From: Lytechinus pictus
Lineage: Eukaryota
DNA: 64,000 nucleotides
NCBI RefSeq assembly: GCF_037042905.1
Contig: NC_087250.1
Coordinates: 17,672,001 to 17,736,000, forward strand
Reading direction: 5' to 3'
This document shows, in pieces, positions 23,563 to 36,905 of the stretch. The notes beneath the pieces were generated by a model. That model did not search any database, was not told where the DNA came from, and was given only the letters and a program-made list of their open reading frames with translations. Made by a program: the position numbers and the translations under genes. Each line of letters opens with the position of its first letter. The first letter of the stretch is position 1.

Positions 23563-26500
23563 TGTATTACATCAACAAAATGATTTGAAATTGGTGAATA
23601 TTGCGTTTAGGTCAATCGGATGGTATTTTTGTATTATGCGATTTGTCTAAGGTCTAAAGCGCTTGACCGGCAATGTTGTGTGCACTTGTTAAAAAATGCA
23701 GAAAATATTATCTCCCGGTGTATTGGCGTGATTGGGATTGACAAATTGGCGGGTCCTCGCATTTGCGTGTAAATTGAAATTTCGCCTTGGGCGTCGTGTT
23801 ATATTGAAATCCAATATATCTTGCTTTCGGAATGTTGTTAGTTTGGGTTTGGCTTGATCTGTGGGTTCCGACAATGCACTTGTACACATTCCCAATAACA
23901 TTGCTCTGAATTATGAGGTCACAGGTCAAGGGTCAGCTCACGTTCACGATTCCCCATATGCTTCGGGAAGGTTGTTAAAGGGAACACGGGATGCTATCAA
24001 GGGGGTGTGTATATCAGGGATATCATATCCCTGGTATTATTTAAAGAAATGCGAATAATACCTAATGATATCAAATGATTGATTGCTCATATAGGTTTTA
24101 GGAAGTTATTTAATTAAAGTAAGTCGGTGGTTTGTGAAGCGAAGTAAGCTATCTGGGAGACTTTCCTGCTCATTGCGGGTTGAGATTGCTATAAACATAG
24201 TACTGCCGCAAAACACTGGCGATTCGAAACTCAACATAAATGATTATTGCTTATAGATAATATAGGCCTAATAACAACTTAAATCACTTTGATTGCAAAT
24301 CCCAAAGTGGGAGAATGTGAAAACCAAGTGCATGATGGGTATTTACGCAAGGGAAAGGCGAGAGAAATAGATAAAAAAAATATCGGGGTGATACTGTGCT
24401 CATGGTGTAGCTATAGGTTGGGGAATTGTACGTGAGTAAAGGTCAATGTAAATAGTCTTGATTAATTACCAATGCCCCTTACCACAAACAGTTGTAATTG
24501 ATTGCCAATCTAACAGAACGATTATTCATATTGATATCGGGTGCGTCGACAATGCGCATGCCATTTTACATGGGCCATTTACGAGTGTAAACTATTCGTG
24601 TCATTATTGGTCCCGTGGTTGACTTTAATGATCCCACCGCTGCCACCATAAATATGTTCCAAAAACATATACATGTATAAATAGGCGTGTACCGTGTCTG
24701 TATACCAACGCATATGAGTAAATATTCTTTGATATTGAACATAACAAGCCACCATATCTACTAATAGGCCAGGAAAAAAATTATGTGAGTCGTGAAAGGA
24801 CGTTAATTGCTTCAACTTTGACGGACATTTTTTTTTCTTTCTCGTAATGCATGTGCGGTCACTCGTATCAAATATTTCGACAGTGAAACTAAGAAAAAGA
24901 AAAAAGGATGGGGGGGGGGGGGCTAACCTATCGATTCAAACAAACACCGTGGCTGATGATAGGGGCGTTCAACTTTTATTATATACCATGTATACATCCA
25001 GTATGACCAGAAACAGTATGGATAATGGCCCTTGGAATGTTTGAAGATGTGTACACAACCATCCCGGGTCTACCTCAAATCATTCAATAGTATAATTATA
25101 TCCTGAAATTGTTTGAATATGTGATTGCATCCTTCCAGGAAAGAACTTCTTTTTAGAGGGATTCTAGCCAAGACATTCTAATGGAACCTTTTTTCCACCG
25201 TCACCTCAATGACCCTCGTCACATTGTATTGAAATCCCGCGGTAGAATGCACGGCGGTTTTGGAATCAGAGCAGAACGTCGTGGGTTCCCCCACGGGGAG
25301 ATGTCGGCGGCTCCGGTAGCTGCCCACCGGTGAATGCAAACGGTTTTAACATGTGCTGTAGACAGATTTACAAGCTGGTCAACGCAACAGTTATTTACAT
25401 CGAACTAAAATTAAGTTGACTGTCACGATTCGCTGATGATTACTGCACGTGTACATGTCTCAAGCATCAAGGTACACAACAGACTTACCTGGACCTACGT
25501 TCGAGATAGTTAAGGGGATTTCAAAATCAACTGGCTACCTTTAAAAGGTTTAACACGATAAAAATAATATGGGGTACTTATGCCTAAGTAATTCAGTTAA
25601 CAGATATATTTTTTTCTTTAAATAGTTGATTTGAATATTATGCTTATAGGAATGTTGGAAAAGACAAATGTGGTAACGGAGACAGTGGTAGCTGTAGGTT
25701 AATGAATGGCAAGATGGCGCAAAAACAACTCCTGAACATACTGAATAGAAGGACAAGATACTCCTGTCCGTCGGAAGGTACATGCACATTGGACGGTAGA
25801 CGATAGACAAGAGTTCCGCTTATCCTTCACATTTGAGGACGCAAAAGCTGCAATATTCAGTTCTTATGAAAGGAGGACGCAGAAGCTGCAATGTTTACTT
25901 AAGTGAATCTATGACAACACCTCAACACATTGACCTTTGGTTATATTGCGAAATACTATCTAACGAATATTGAGGATGACGATTGGATATAATGTCCATT
26001 GAGTGAGACAGACAGACAGACAGACTGACAACAAATACAAGAAGACAGAGGTACAAACCACAATAGTACACACAAAATGGTTGGCTACAGGGACAGCTGG
26101 CTAAACACTTTATTTAATAATAATTGGTCATCATCAATTGGACGTTTAGACCGATTGGTCCTGTGGTTTGTGGTCGAAGTCAACTCTTTTTAGATCACGG
26201 ACCTACTCAGATTATCTGGAATTTCATTGTATATGTTGGTTTGTTAAGGCATGGACCTATGGTTAAGGTTAGGAAATAAGTGCTAATTCAGCCACCTTGG
26301 GATTGTGGTTGAAATAGTGAAAGTGGTTTTGAATTACCATTTTTCGAGTTTTTTGTTTTTCATATTTCCGGAAGTACACTCATTTGTGTTTTATGAAAAT
26401 GTTGTTCTCTCGAAGATTTTATGTGTATCAACACTATAGACCAGGGCGGAGTTGCCTAGTTACTATTATGGTAACTTTAGCATCCAGTTGTGACTACCGT

Positions 26501-27410
26501 GCAACGCTGATCAACAGCCAATCAGAATCAAGGATTCCATGCAAGTTACCATTCAATGGCAAAGGTACCATAATGGTAACTTTTGTGCAACGGGGCCTTG
26601 ATTAGTTGGACCATGGAGGTAAAAAAGGAACCGCCCTTGCTGGAAAGAACACGGTGTCACACAGTGTGATCACAGTGTGTTCACATACTGACCTATGTGA
26701 AAATACTATCCACACTGTTGAATGGTAGCATTTTAACAGTGTGGATAGTATTTTCACATAGGTCACTATGTGAACACACTGTGATCACACTGTGTGGATA
26801 TATTATCACACTGTGGACACCTCGTCGTGTTCCCTTCGCGACTATGTGTATATGTAATTCACACTGCTCAATTTTAACGGTGTAAAGGTGATTTCACATC
26901 GTGTTCCACACTGAGAACACACTGTGGCACACTGTGTTCTTACACACTGTGTTCTTTACAGTAGGGATGGTCATGATGGTTGGACCCATCTCCTCACATT
27001 CATCGATACTCAATAGTAATGTTCCTCTAGTTCCTCCGTCTTGAAGTCGAGCCAATCGGGAGGGATTTTGTTGTCATCTCTTGACAAATGCAGTTTATTT
27101 TAGTAAGCTCTGCCTCAAAGAGCCAAAGTATACCCAGCTGTTTTTGCGAACGAGCCTGTCAGGTCAAAGGTCAAAATCCTTAACGTTCCTCTCTATTCTT
27201 GTCATGTTTTTTTCGGAATCCAAACTTCTTGGGCATCTTCTTTTCTTAAGGAGGCGGTGCCGAAGAAAGAGCTTTGTTTGCCACGTGAAAGTATTTTTCA
27301 TTTAGACAAAATTCATTTAAAGTTCTATTTTCTTGTCGCAATTCTGTTAGATCGGAGGCTGGCAAAATGTTGCTCCAACATTCTTTCTCTCCACCCTCTC
27401 TTTGATTTTT

Positions 27411-27550
27411 TGGTGGCTCAGTGGTAGAGAGCCCACCTCATGAAGGGGAGGTCATGGGTTCGATCTCCGGCCAAGTCATACTAAAGAATGGAGAAATTGG
27501 ACCCTTCTGCCTTCTTGTCAGGCGCTCGAATTTTGAGAATGGAGAAGGAT
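27411..27550 (+). mobile_element. tRNA-derived SINE head (truncated)
   Basis: A box TGGCTCAGTGG and B box GGTTCGATCTC, followed by a non-tRNA body. Confidence 0.65.
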
Positions 27551-28224
27551 TTTTACTTTTCAGGAGGGCCACTTGAAAATCAGTTTATATTGTAGTGTAG
27601 AAGTGTCTATACCCTGGGTAAATAATTTATTATTATCTAAAAACGCCTTGGGTGTCATTAAGATACAGGGCCCCTCTTCATACCACTTTGTATCATTGAC
27701 CAAGTTTAGAACTCTATGATAAATATGCATGTGTGATGGGGGCAAAAATATAACATCAACATCATGAACATCAACAGATAACACAAATCGGCAAACAAAT
27801 GCACATGCAGTTATAGGTTCATTCATAACCTTAACTTCCCTTTAAGACAACTTGATGCGTCAGTTTTTCCACATGATTCTCAAATCCTTTGAGGAAAACA
27901 ATATCTTTAATCAAACATTTTCATGTTCCTAATTACCATACGCGCCATCACAAGGTAGGCATTTTAACAAAATACTAACATCGATTTCCGATGTTTCACG
28001 ATGTGTTCCGATTTCCCTAATTCGCTCATTTCCGGAAATGCTCGCGAAGGTGACAGTAGTTTAATGCGAGCTGTCACTTTGAATCTAACTTTTATAGACA
28101 CGGTGCTGTTATTACATAATTCAAGGATCTATTGCTCGATATGATTATTGTTTAGGTTATTCAAATTGAATTGATGAGAACTGATGTATACAGGGAGGGG
28201 TCGGTCGTCTCTTGTGATTATCAG

Positions 28225-28351
28225 GGGCCAGTAACACAAAACTTAGCAATGATCGTAGAACAAATTTCTACGATTGATTCCATTGACTACAATGTCATCA
28301 ATCGTGAAAATCAAGCGTACGATCAATCGCTAACATTTGTGTTACGGGACC
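28225..28351. mobile_element. PIF/Harbinger-like MITE
   Basis: CAG|GGGCCAGTAACACAAA...TTTGTGTTACGGGACC|CAG. Confidence 0.75.
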
Positions 28352-28757
28352 CAGGTTGTTTCAAGCGTTTTTGCAGACAGTCATGACGATTTCTTGATGC
28401 AGTTTATCAACTTCAAAAAGTCTCCATTTGCTTCTCAATCATCACATTGTGATCATCATTTCCTCGTTATAAATCACTCTGTCCGTCTTGCGAAAACGAT
28501 TCGCGAAACGGATTTCGCAAACTAGTTGAAATTAATTTTTTTTTGTAGGAAATCAAATCTTATTTTGTATGATGATAAACGTGTATTCGAGGCCAAGACC
28601 TAAGAGCAATGTCCCATTAAGTGACATGTCTTGGATGATGTTTTAATGATTATAGGAAATTGATGGTGTAACCTTTCAAACCTTCAAACGCGTCTGGGAT
28701 AGTTTGCTGGGCAAAACCCTTCACTTTAGCATGTTTAGGAAAGTGGTCTGGATATGT

Positions 28758-29040
28758 GGGGGCGTCGTGGTCTAGTGGTGACGACTCTTGTCTTTCAATT
28801 AGAGGGACGTGGGTTCGAATCCCAGCCACAGCGTGTTTTCAATCATCACATTGTGCTGCACTCGACCCAGGTGAGGTGAATGGGTACCCGGCAAGATTTA
28901 TTCCTTGAATGCTTGAGCAACTATGCGGCGGCTCGGCTACAGCCGGGGTAATAATAATGATACCAAGTATATCAAGCGCATTAGAATGGTAGAGTATATG
29001 CAATATAGTAGCTGCGCTATACAAATGGAACATATCATGA
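28758..29040 (+). mobile_element. Near-full-length tRNA-derived SINE
   Basis: A box TGGTCTAGTGG, B box GGTTCGAATCC, core ACCCAGGTG..AATGGGTACC, L2-like tail AAGCGCATTAGA...GCGCTATACAAAT. Confidence 0.85.
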
Positions 29041-29060
29041 TTGTGTTGGTCTATATCCTA

Positions 29061-29335
29061 CTCTCTAAAGGCAAAGGAGCTAATCTGGTCCCTAATCTCA
29101 CTCCTCCCAGAGTGAGATGAGGGACCAGTCCTGATGGAATGAGATTTCAATCCTTCAAGAGTGAATTTTTACCTTTTTTGAGTGAAAGTGGGCATCTTTT
29201 TTACACTTCCACTAAAAAGGGTAAAATTAACTCTTGAAAGATTGAAATCTCATTCCATCACGACTGGTCCCTCATCTCACTCTGAGAGGAGTGCGATCAG
29301 GGACCATGCAGATTAGCTCCTTTGCATGTAGAGAG
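29061..29335. mobile_element. Palindromic MITE
   Basis: About 115-bp TIRs: CTCTCTAAAGGCAAAGGAGCTAATCTG...CAGATTAGCTCCTTTGCATGTAGAGAG. Confidence 0.8.
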
Positions 29336-32300
29336 CATATAGACAGGTCTCCAAGCCAAAATGTTACAAGACAAACTAGGATTAGACAATTCAGAATGAG
29401 AAACAGCGAAAATAGACCAAGTAACATTTACCATCCATTAGATAAACTACAGTAGCCATCGCTGTATTCCTAGTAGTCGGTTTTCTGTTGAACCCCACTG
29501 ATTCCTTTTAAAGTGGAGCACAAAGAAAACCTTCCACCCCGAGACAGTTTAAATATACTTTATTTCTTACCCATGCCACAGCCAACCGTATAATGCTCAG
29601 TCACACCCACGAAACCGGTTCCAGAACGATCAAAGCTATTACGTTATATCGGATGGCGTATCATCGGCCGGTTTGGAGTCGGTTTCGTTGGTGCGACTGT
29701 ACAGTAGCATCATGACACTGTCACAGTCGAACCGGCGAACCCGGTTCTAAACCGATCAAATCCATTCCGTTATATCGGATGGTATATCTTCGATCAGTTG
29801 GAATCGGTTTCATTGGTGCGACTGACTGTGTAGCGTTAATGCTACTTGAATATACAGTAGTCATGTGAAGTGTTATGTTTATCTGAATATAGATGGTTGA
29901 GTGGTTTATGTTTCTTCTAACCGTGTTTACACATGCAGTGGGCGGAGTGTGAAAATGAATTAAAATAGGGCGTCTGTGTCGAGTTAACAGGGTGGATGTA
30001 GACAGGCGTAGGGGAATGGTGCTGATCGGATTGTGGGGGGGGGGGGTACTTTAAGAGAAAAAAAAGATGGGACAAGATCTCTTAGGCGGGAGGGGAGGGG
30101 GGGGGGGCTCCACTCGCCCCTGGTCCCGCATCTGGATGGGACCCCTAGTCGAAAACAGTGATAGTGATCATAAAATTTTTGCTATTACTTCAAAAAAAAA
30201 ATTTGTCATAATATTGATGGATATTTTTGGTACAGGCAAGCAGTAAATTTCGATATGTAGACGACATCGACGACGCCTATTATGTCGTCACGACGTTTAT
30301 GTCGTAAATCGAAATGCAGAATACTCACATGTAGTCTTGGCCTATATACCAAAAATGATACATCACGTATTTGTTGGGAATGGAAATAAGAGGGCAGTTA
30401 AGACACTGGATAGTTTTGTTTGTGAACTGAATTGAAGTTGAAGTGAAAGGCGGCTATTGCATCGCGCTGCAGTCGGATCTCGATGAATATTGGAATTGTA
30501 AGAATTGTAAGAGTTTATAGTTACAAGGGCGAACATAATGATTGAGGAATTTAGCCACATTGCCCTGTCTTACTAAAATAGTGATACCGAGATTCATTAC
30601 TCATTCCAATTATATTATCTATTTTATGCATAAATCATCTCCATTATGATCATGTCTCTTTGATCGTTTTAACCCTCCGGGTACCCATCCCTCACTGACT
30701 TTTCATTAATTATTTAGTATTTAGGTATCATTTTCTCTAAAAGTGCCTTTGTTAATCTAAGGGGTAATATTTCTTCGATGACTCCCCATCCATTACATGC
30801 ATTATGGCAGGTCGTGAAAAGGACCAGCGAATATTTTCATGCCATCTTATTGTCATCCCACACTGTTTATCACGAATCCACAATACAATAGAAACAAGTG
30901 CTTACTTCAAACCTCTTAACGTGACAATTGAACCTAAAACCGCCTGAAGATAGCCAAAGAATCTATTCTGCTCGCTGAATAAACATTTGTCCTTGTGGGT
31001 TTGTCTGCTTCCATTCAGTAAAATTCTACCGAGACACGTGTGATTTATCATCCATTAAACAACTACTTGCAAAATGAGGTTACACTCGCAAATATTCATG
31101 TTGATTCTTAGAGTAAATTCCTTTTCTGTTTCGGTTTTCATCAAAGATGCACCGTGAAATGGTATCTCCTATTAATGACACATCCTTTGTCTAAAACACC
31201 GCAACGCCTGTCAGTGTCAAGACAGGACAACACCAAGATTTTTCACTTTTGTTGAAATCCACGGTGTTAGTTCAAACCCGTTAACGTTATCTTCTATGTT
31301 ATTTTAACACGGTTTGGTGTTATGCTCACCCTCCATGGTGCAGTTTAACACTTTGAGGGCATAGTCATGAGTCATCTCAGATTATTAATTGGTGTTATTC
31401 TTTACACCATGAAGTTTATATTGATTTCCTTTGACTTCATTATCACGGTGAAAGAATTAATCTGCTAATATCATATAAAATCAAATGAAAGTGAAAACAA
31501 AGAAAAATGTGGACCCTTAGGGCCTGCACCTTCTTACTATAGAACAAGAGAGGGGGCACATATATCCCTGCGTAACCCCTCATTTCAGTGGAGGAGCGCA
31601 ATCGACAAAACATTCGCAGACACGGCTGAATCTAATATATTATAACTCGGCATGGTTCCCTTCGGATGTGTTTACTTTTTACTCGGAATTACATCTCCGT
31701 TCACAGATGACATTTTTTTTTTGGTCAGGAGTACATTTTGTATTTCCTTCTTCTGTCATGTTGTTGCTAGGAAAATGTTTCATTTTCAATTCCAGAAGTC
31801 ACGAACCTGACGAAGACTCGCTAAGAATGTTTATCTTGCATGGGTCTATATGAATACACGACTTTACGGTTTTGCCGAGGTGCTGGTGTTGCTCATTCAC
31901 TGACGATACTTCTTTTCAGGTTCAAGTTGGAATGCCATATTAGCCTGGACATGAGGCTAGTGCCGACATGCCCCCCCTCCTGTGCCTATTATGCGCCCGT
32001 GCTTGTTATTGTGTCATGTGGAATATTGAACATTAGATTGCTATTGCATTACTTGCACCTGTGTCTGTGTGGTTTGGGTAGGTGGTCTGGGGGCCATTGC
32101 ATCAAACGCAACTTGACTTTGAGCCAATTAGAAACACGTATTAAGGGCTTGTGCATGAATTTTAAAGTTGCGTTTAAACACAAATCTTCATGCAACTGTT
32201 TAAAGGACTGCGCGGCAAAAAAACATTGGAGTTACACCTGCATAAGCCGAGGTCATGAGCGGACTGCGTACCTACCCATAGTAGGTCCATGGTATACCAA

Positions 32301-34059
32301 GCTCTCTACTCCAGTATTAAGTTAATGCACAGTAAATACGCTGTTTAAGATTTTATACAACGCTATTTACTATATGAACCTTACAGTATTTGTTTACCCG
32401 TTTAAACAATCATGTTTAATTTATTGAAGATTAGATATTGAAAATTAAACTTTGTTGCTTAAGATTTAAACACTTGTTAAACTGTTTAAGCAATTACTGT
32501 AAGGTTCACATAGTAAACAGCGTTGTATATATATTTTTTAACTGTGTGGTGTTAATTCAGTATATTGTACCCATTATTTTGTTATATTCTGATCGCAATA
32601 TTTGGTGTAAAAATTATAATAAAACTTTGGGGTGTATGTTAACACGTGACGTTGCTCACAACTCCGACTAGGCCAATTGATTTTGCACCGTAATTTTACA
32701 ATTGATTGCCGTGTGGTGTTCAAATAAGAACCACGATTTATATGGCTATTCGTCATTATTCAATGTCTACATTGTAAAATAAATTAGATGCTAAGACATA
32801 TTCAAACAGTTTGAAGATATAGGCTGATGCAAGTAAACTGTTGTTCAACTTTAGGTCCATGTCTCGAATAAGATCACTTTTACATTATTTTTTTCCATTT
32901 TGGATAATCGTAATGACTGTATAAATGACTATATAATGACGGCATGGTTCACATTTTTTCCTTTTTGGACCATAATGACTGTATTAAAGAGAGTTGGATT
33001 TATATATCTGTTTAATAGAGGGCAATCTAAAATCGAGCGAAATCGTTTCCATAGTGACTAGTCGGTAATGTCAATGCCAGTAAATCTTAAATCACTCCAC
33101 TGCCTCTTCAATAATGTAAGGCATAAAACTCTGATCTAATTCAGTAATGGGTTTGGGATATTCCCTTTCCGCTTTCACCGAAATTCGTCCCCTCAAAATT
33201 TATAAATATTTTGTTCAGTTCAGTCATCATGTGCCGCATTTTCTCTTTCATTTTTTGGGTCGTAAAATGACAATCGTTTGTCGTGCACCCATTGACCTTG
33301 TCATGTTTGAAGAGGAGGAAGGTCTGCATCGGAATGAGACCGAAATCCTTGCTCATATTTTGCATGAAATATGGCACTACCTTTTCTTCATTTCTGTAGT
33401 GTAATGTGGTTTTTAAACTGCAAGAGATATGAAAATTGTCAAAATATCACTGCAATCGATAAAACTATGAAAAATTAATATTTTGACGTTTGAACTTTTC
33501 GAGATTTAGAAAAAAAAACGCAAAGAGGCTAGTGTCAGCAAGAGTTGGTTGGTTCATTAAATTGATACGTTAAATTTCAAATTTAGCATCTACTGCTACA
33601 ATATATAGTGGGAGTTTAGATTAGTTTATTCAAAATTTCTACAAAAGAAGAGATGCATAAGGACAATAAAATGTAACAATAAATTGGCAAGATATGTAAC
33701 ATGAACAGTTTGCAAGACAATGGCATGTGCGCGTACGTTTTTTTTTTTGGGGGGGGGGGGAGGGGGGAGACTATGCCTCCAACGTTCACCAGCAAAATAA
33801 AAAAAAAGGTGTCGTTATAAACGTGCTTCTCAAGTTACCGTGCAACAAATCCTTCAATTTTCACGTAGATACTTTTGAAATCCACTGGAGGAGTCACTTT
33901 TCAAATCACGTCTTCAAAACTTATGCCTATACCCTACATGCAACGCACAGTTCTTGTTATCGTTTTTGAGGGATGTGTGAGACCTTATGTTCTAAAGTTC
34001 TCTGCTGGTGTCCTCCTCCTCCTACCCCTCATCATGATTTGTATTTCTTGATATTTATT

Positions 34060-34265
34060 TATCATAATTATTACTGTTTTTTATCATTATTGGTATTATT
34101 AATATTTGTATTGTTGATATTAATTTATTAGTATTATTATTATCATTGTTATTATTTTCATTATTATTATTATTATTATTAATGTTATTATTTTAATAAT
34201 AATAATAATTATTATTATTACAATTGTTATTATTATTATCATTAGTAGTAGTAGTAGTAGTAGTA

Positions 34266-34320
<55 letters not shown>

Positions 34321-34420
34321 AAGTAGTAGTAGTAGTAGTAGTATAGTAGTAGTGATAGTAGTAGACGTAGTAGTAGTAGTAATTATAACAGTAGTAGTAG
34401 TAGTATATAGTTGTAGTAGT
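34060..34420. repeat. (ATT)n/(AAT)n followed by (AGT)n microsatellites
   Basis: Directly visible. Confidence 0.95.
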
Positions 34421-35613
34421 ATTTCATTTCCCATTCCTCCTCCCCCATATTCCATTTCCCTTTTTTTGTCGAGGGGAGGGGGTCCCTCTATCTCTAACCA
34501 CTCCAAGTAGTAGGCCTTATCCTAACCAGGTAATTCCCTGTTCTACCCACCCAGCCTATGAGGTGTATATCTGTAGTTGAAAGATATATTAGTACATGTA
34601 TTATATATGCTGCAAAGCCTGCAATATATTTTGGCATTCTCGTAGGGCTCGTAAGAGATGCGTGATAAATGGTTGGTGGTATTTCAGCTGACTTCGTTTC
34701 ATTGCCCTATCAAACAGGATTTGAGCACCCATAAACAGGACTTGGTCGTAATTTACGGTCACATAATATGCACCGGGACTTATTTCCACCATTGCCTTGA
34801 TTGCTACAGATGGATTGAAGCGGGGCCCAGTGTAAAAGAAGGAAATAATGCCAACATCTAGAGTGATGTTTACGATTAAAACTCCACAAACTTGCCATTT
34901 TCTCAAGATAGAGTGATTTTTTCGGTGGATACAGTGGGCAATCATTTCCTAACCCCTTGTATAAGAAAAATATCTTTATTTCTCATGTTCCACTAAATAT
35001 TGGACTTTATGAATTATATATGACATGATTATTTTGGGGAACCGCTCGCATACTGCTGTCACTAAACAGAAACTTTAAAACTCCATAACTCTCCTATTCT
35101 TTCATGGGTTTTTTTATATCAAAACTTCTGCAACATTTCCTCTATTTTTTTTTTACAAGCTTATTCTCAAGGATGAACTTTTCCGTGAAATTGTCTTGCC
35201 CCCAATAAAAATACCCTGGCCCAGTCCCTAGTTAAACATGGTTATACACCATGCTTTAGCAAGACAGTGTTCGGATGTCTTTTTGGCGAGTCCCGAAGGA
35301 GTATGGAAAGCTAAAAAATGATAGTTTGATTAACTATAAATCTAAAAAATGAATTGTTTATCTAAATGATGTTGATAAAGTATAACTTAATTCTACTCCC
35401 CTCTGAAATGTTGGATCGCGATATTAAAGTAAACTGTGCTGTGTGTAGCCTGGAGAAACGGGGTAAAACGTGTGGGCCAGTTAACCTTTGACCCGAGGTC
35501 ACATGACTTCAGGGGTTGCTGGGAATGGGTTCAAGTACAGACCAATAGAAGCTGTCATGTTGGTGTAAATCAACTATTACCCACCCGACGTGTTCGCCAG
35601 ACGATTCACTTAA

Positions 35614-36045
35614 AGGGGTAGTTAATCCCCATGATAAGATCGTTTTAGTAATAGCAGGAAAAATTCGAGGAAATACATGTATATTGTTAAAGGTTTGATA
35701 CAAATCCATCAATGAATAATGTATTATGTTAATTTTCAAAATTTCAGATTAAGTGACTTGTGATTTCTGTCATTATATAGGAATTCCGTAAATTCCATTT
35801 TTAAATGGAATGTTATGAATACAAATTGAATGTGGATTAATGATGTGTCTGATGATATCCATCGCGTAAATAAAATTACTGTCAGTTTAACTTTTTTTGT
35901 TGTTGAGAAAAAAAAAGGCATTTTGAAGAATGTATATCACACGACACGGAGGAGCTGCTTGTCTGTGACGTCACAATAAGTCGATTTTTTTTTAAAATTA
36001 GTATCTCTGTTATTCTTTGACGTTGTGTATCAATGTGTTATCATT
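35614..36045. mobile_element. Degenerate Kolobok-like element (one end clear)
   Basis: TTAA|AGGGGTAGTTAATCCC start and internal TGTGACGTCACAA; right end not resolved. Confidence 0.45.
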
Positions 36046-36245
36046 GAAGTGGGTCTGTATCACAAGACTTCACTGCTCAGAATGTTGCATTGTGGGCAAT
36101 GAACAAGGCCAGATAAGGCAACTCGAGGACTTGAGGTGGAGCTATTTGATATGGGCTGATGGTCTGTATGCTCTTCAAACCAAGGCATTGTCATGATATA
36201 AAAAAAAAACCTCCCCGTTTGAGTTGGATCAACCTTTCCCGTATT

Positions 36246-36325
36246 GGGACATCGTGGTCTAGTGGTTCTGACTCTCGTTTTTCACTCACATGGTCGTAGG
36301 TTCGAATCCCAGCCATAGCGTGCTT
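36246..36325 (+). mobile_element. tRNA-derived SINE head only (same family as 28758)
   Basis: GGGACATCGTGGTCTAGTGG...GGTTCGAATCCCAGCCATAGCGTG. Confidence 0.75.
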
Positions 36326-36714
36326 ACAGTAAGAACTCGTTGTATAGTAGGCCTACACTGTGCAATTCAGCCGCTATGGCCTTCATTTATACTCTTATAT
36401 CTACCTTTAAACTGGCATGCGAGTGGAGTTACAATCGGCACGCACATTCACAGAAATCATTTCGATACCAACATTCCTACCATAGTCGTGATAGTGCATG
36501 TGCCTACGCAGTCCCCCTATAACTCGTCGATTGGGAATTCCACCGGCACGCAACCTTCCTGCACCCGCCAAACTCCGGGGGTGCGTGAACTCTGCTACCG
36601 ACTTCGGTATATCTTGACATGTAGAAGTGCCATTTTGTCCAATTTAATTGCGGTTAAAAATATCAATAACATTGTGTAACAGGTTCATTTGATCGTCCAC
36701 TTCATATTAATAAA

Positions 36715-36905
36715 ATGACTATGATGATGATGAATATATGGAGACAAAGATGACAAGGATGATGATAGCAATGATTATGATCACGATGATGAGGATGATG
36801 ATGATAACAAATATGATGAGGATCATAATGGTGGTTTAAATGATGACAATGATGATGGCTGTGATGAGTATGATGATGGTGATGATAGTTGTGATGAAGA
36901 TGATC
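36715..36905. repeat. Degenerate (GAT)n microsatellite
   Basis: Directly visible. Confidence 0.85.

Noticed and set aside
25740..25990. Possible minus-strand LINE RT remnant with a short duplication (GAGGACGCA.AAGCTGCAAT twice)
   Set aside because: Too degenerate to support a call by eye
28758..28830. tRNA-like sequences (also at 27411, 36246 and 44650)
   Set aside because: A and B boxes are present, but there is no clean cloverleaf or acceptor stem and they run into SINE bodies
31840..32325. 161-aa ORF in intron 1
   Set aside because: Runs through a decayed PIF-like MITE (about 32090-32195) and has no protein-like features
34120..34506. Poly-Leu/Ile/Thr ORF
   Set aside because: Trinucleotide microsatellite
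34601..34945. 114-aa minus-strand ORF as a nested intronic gene
   Set aside because: No recognisable domain or convincing splice structure; overlaps a PIF-like terminus (GGGGCCCAG at about 34822)
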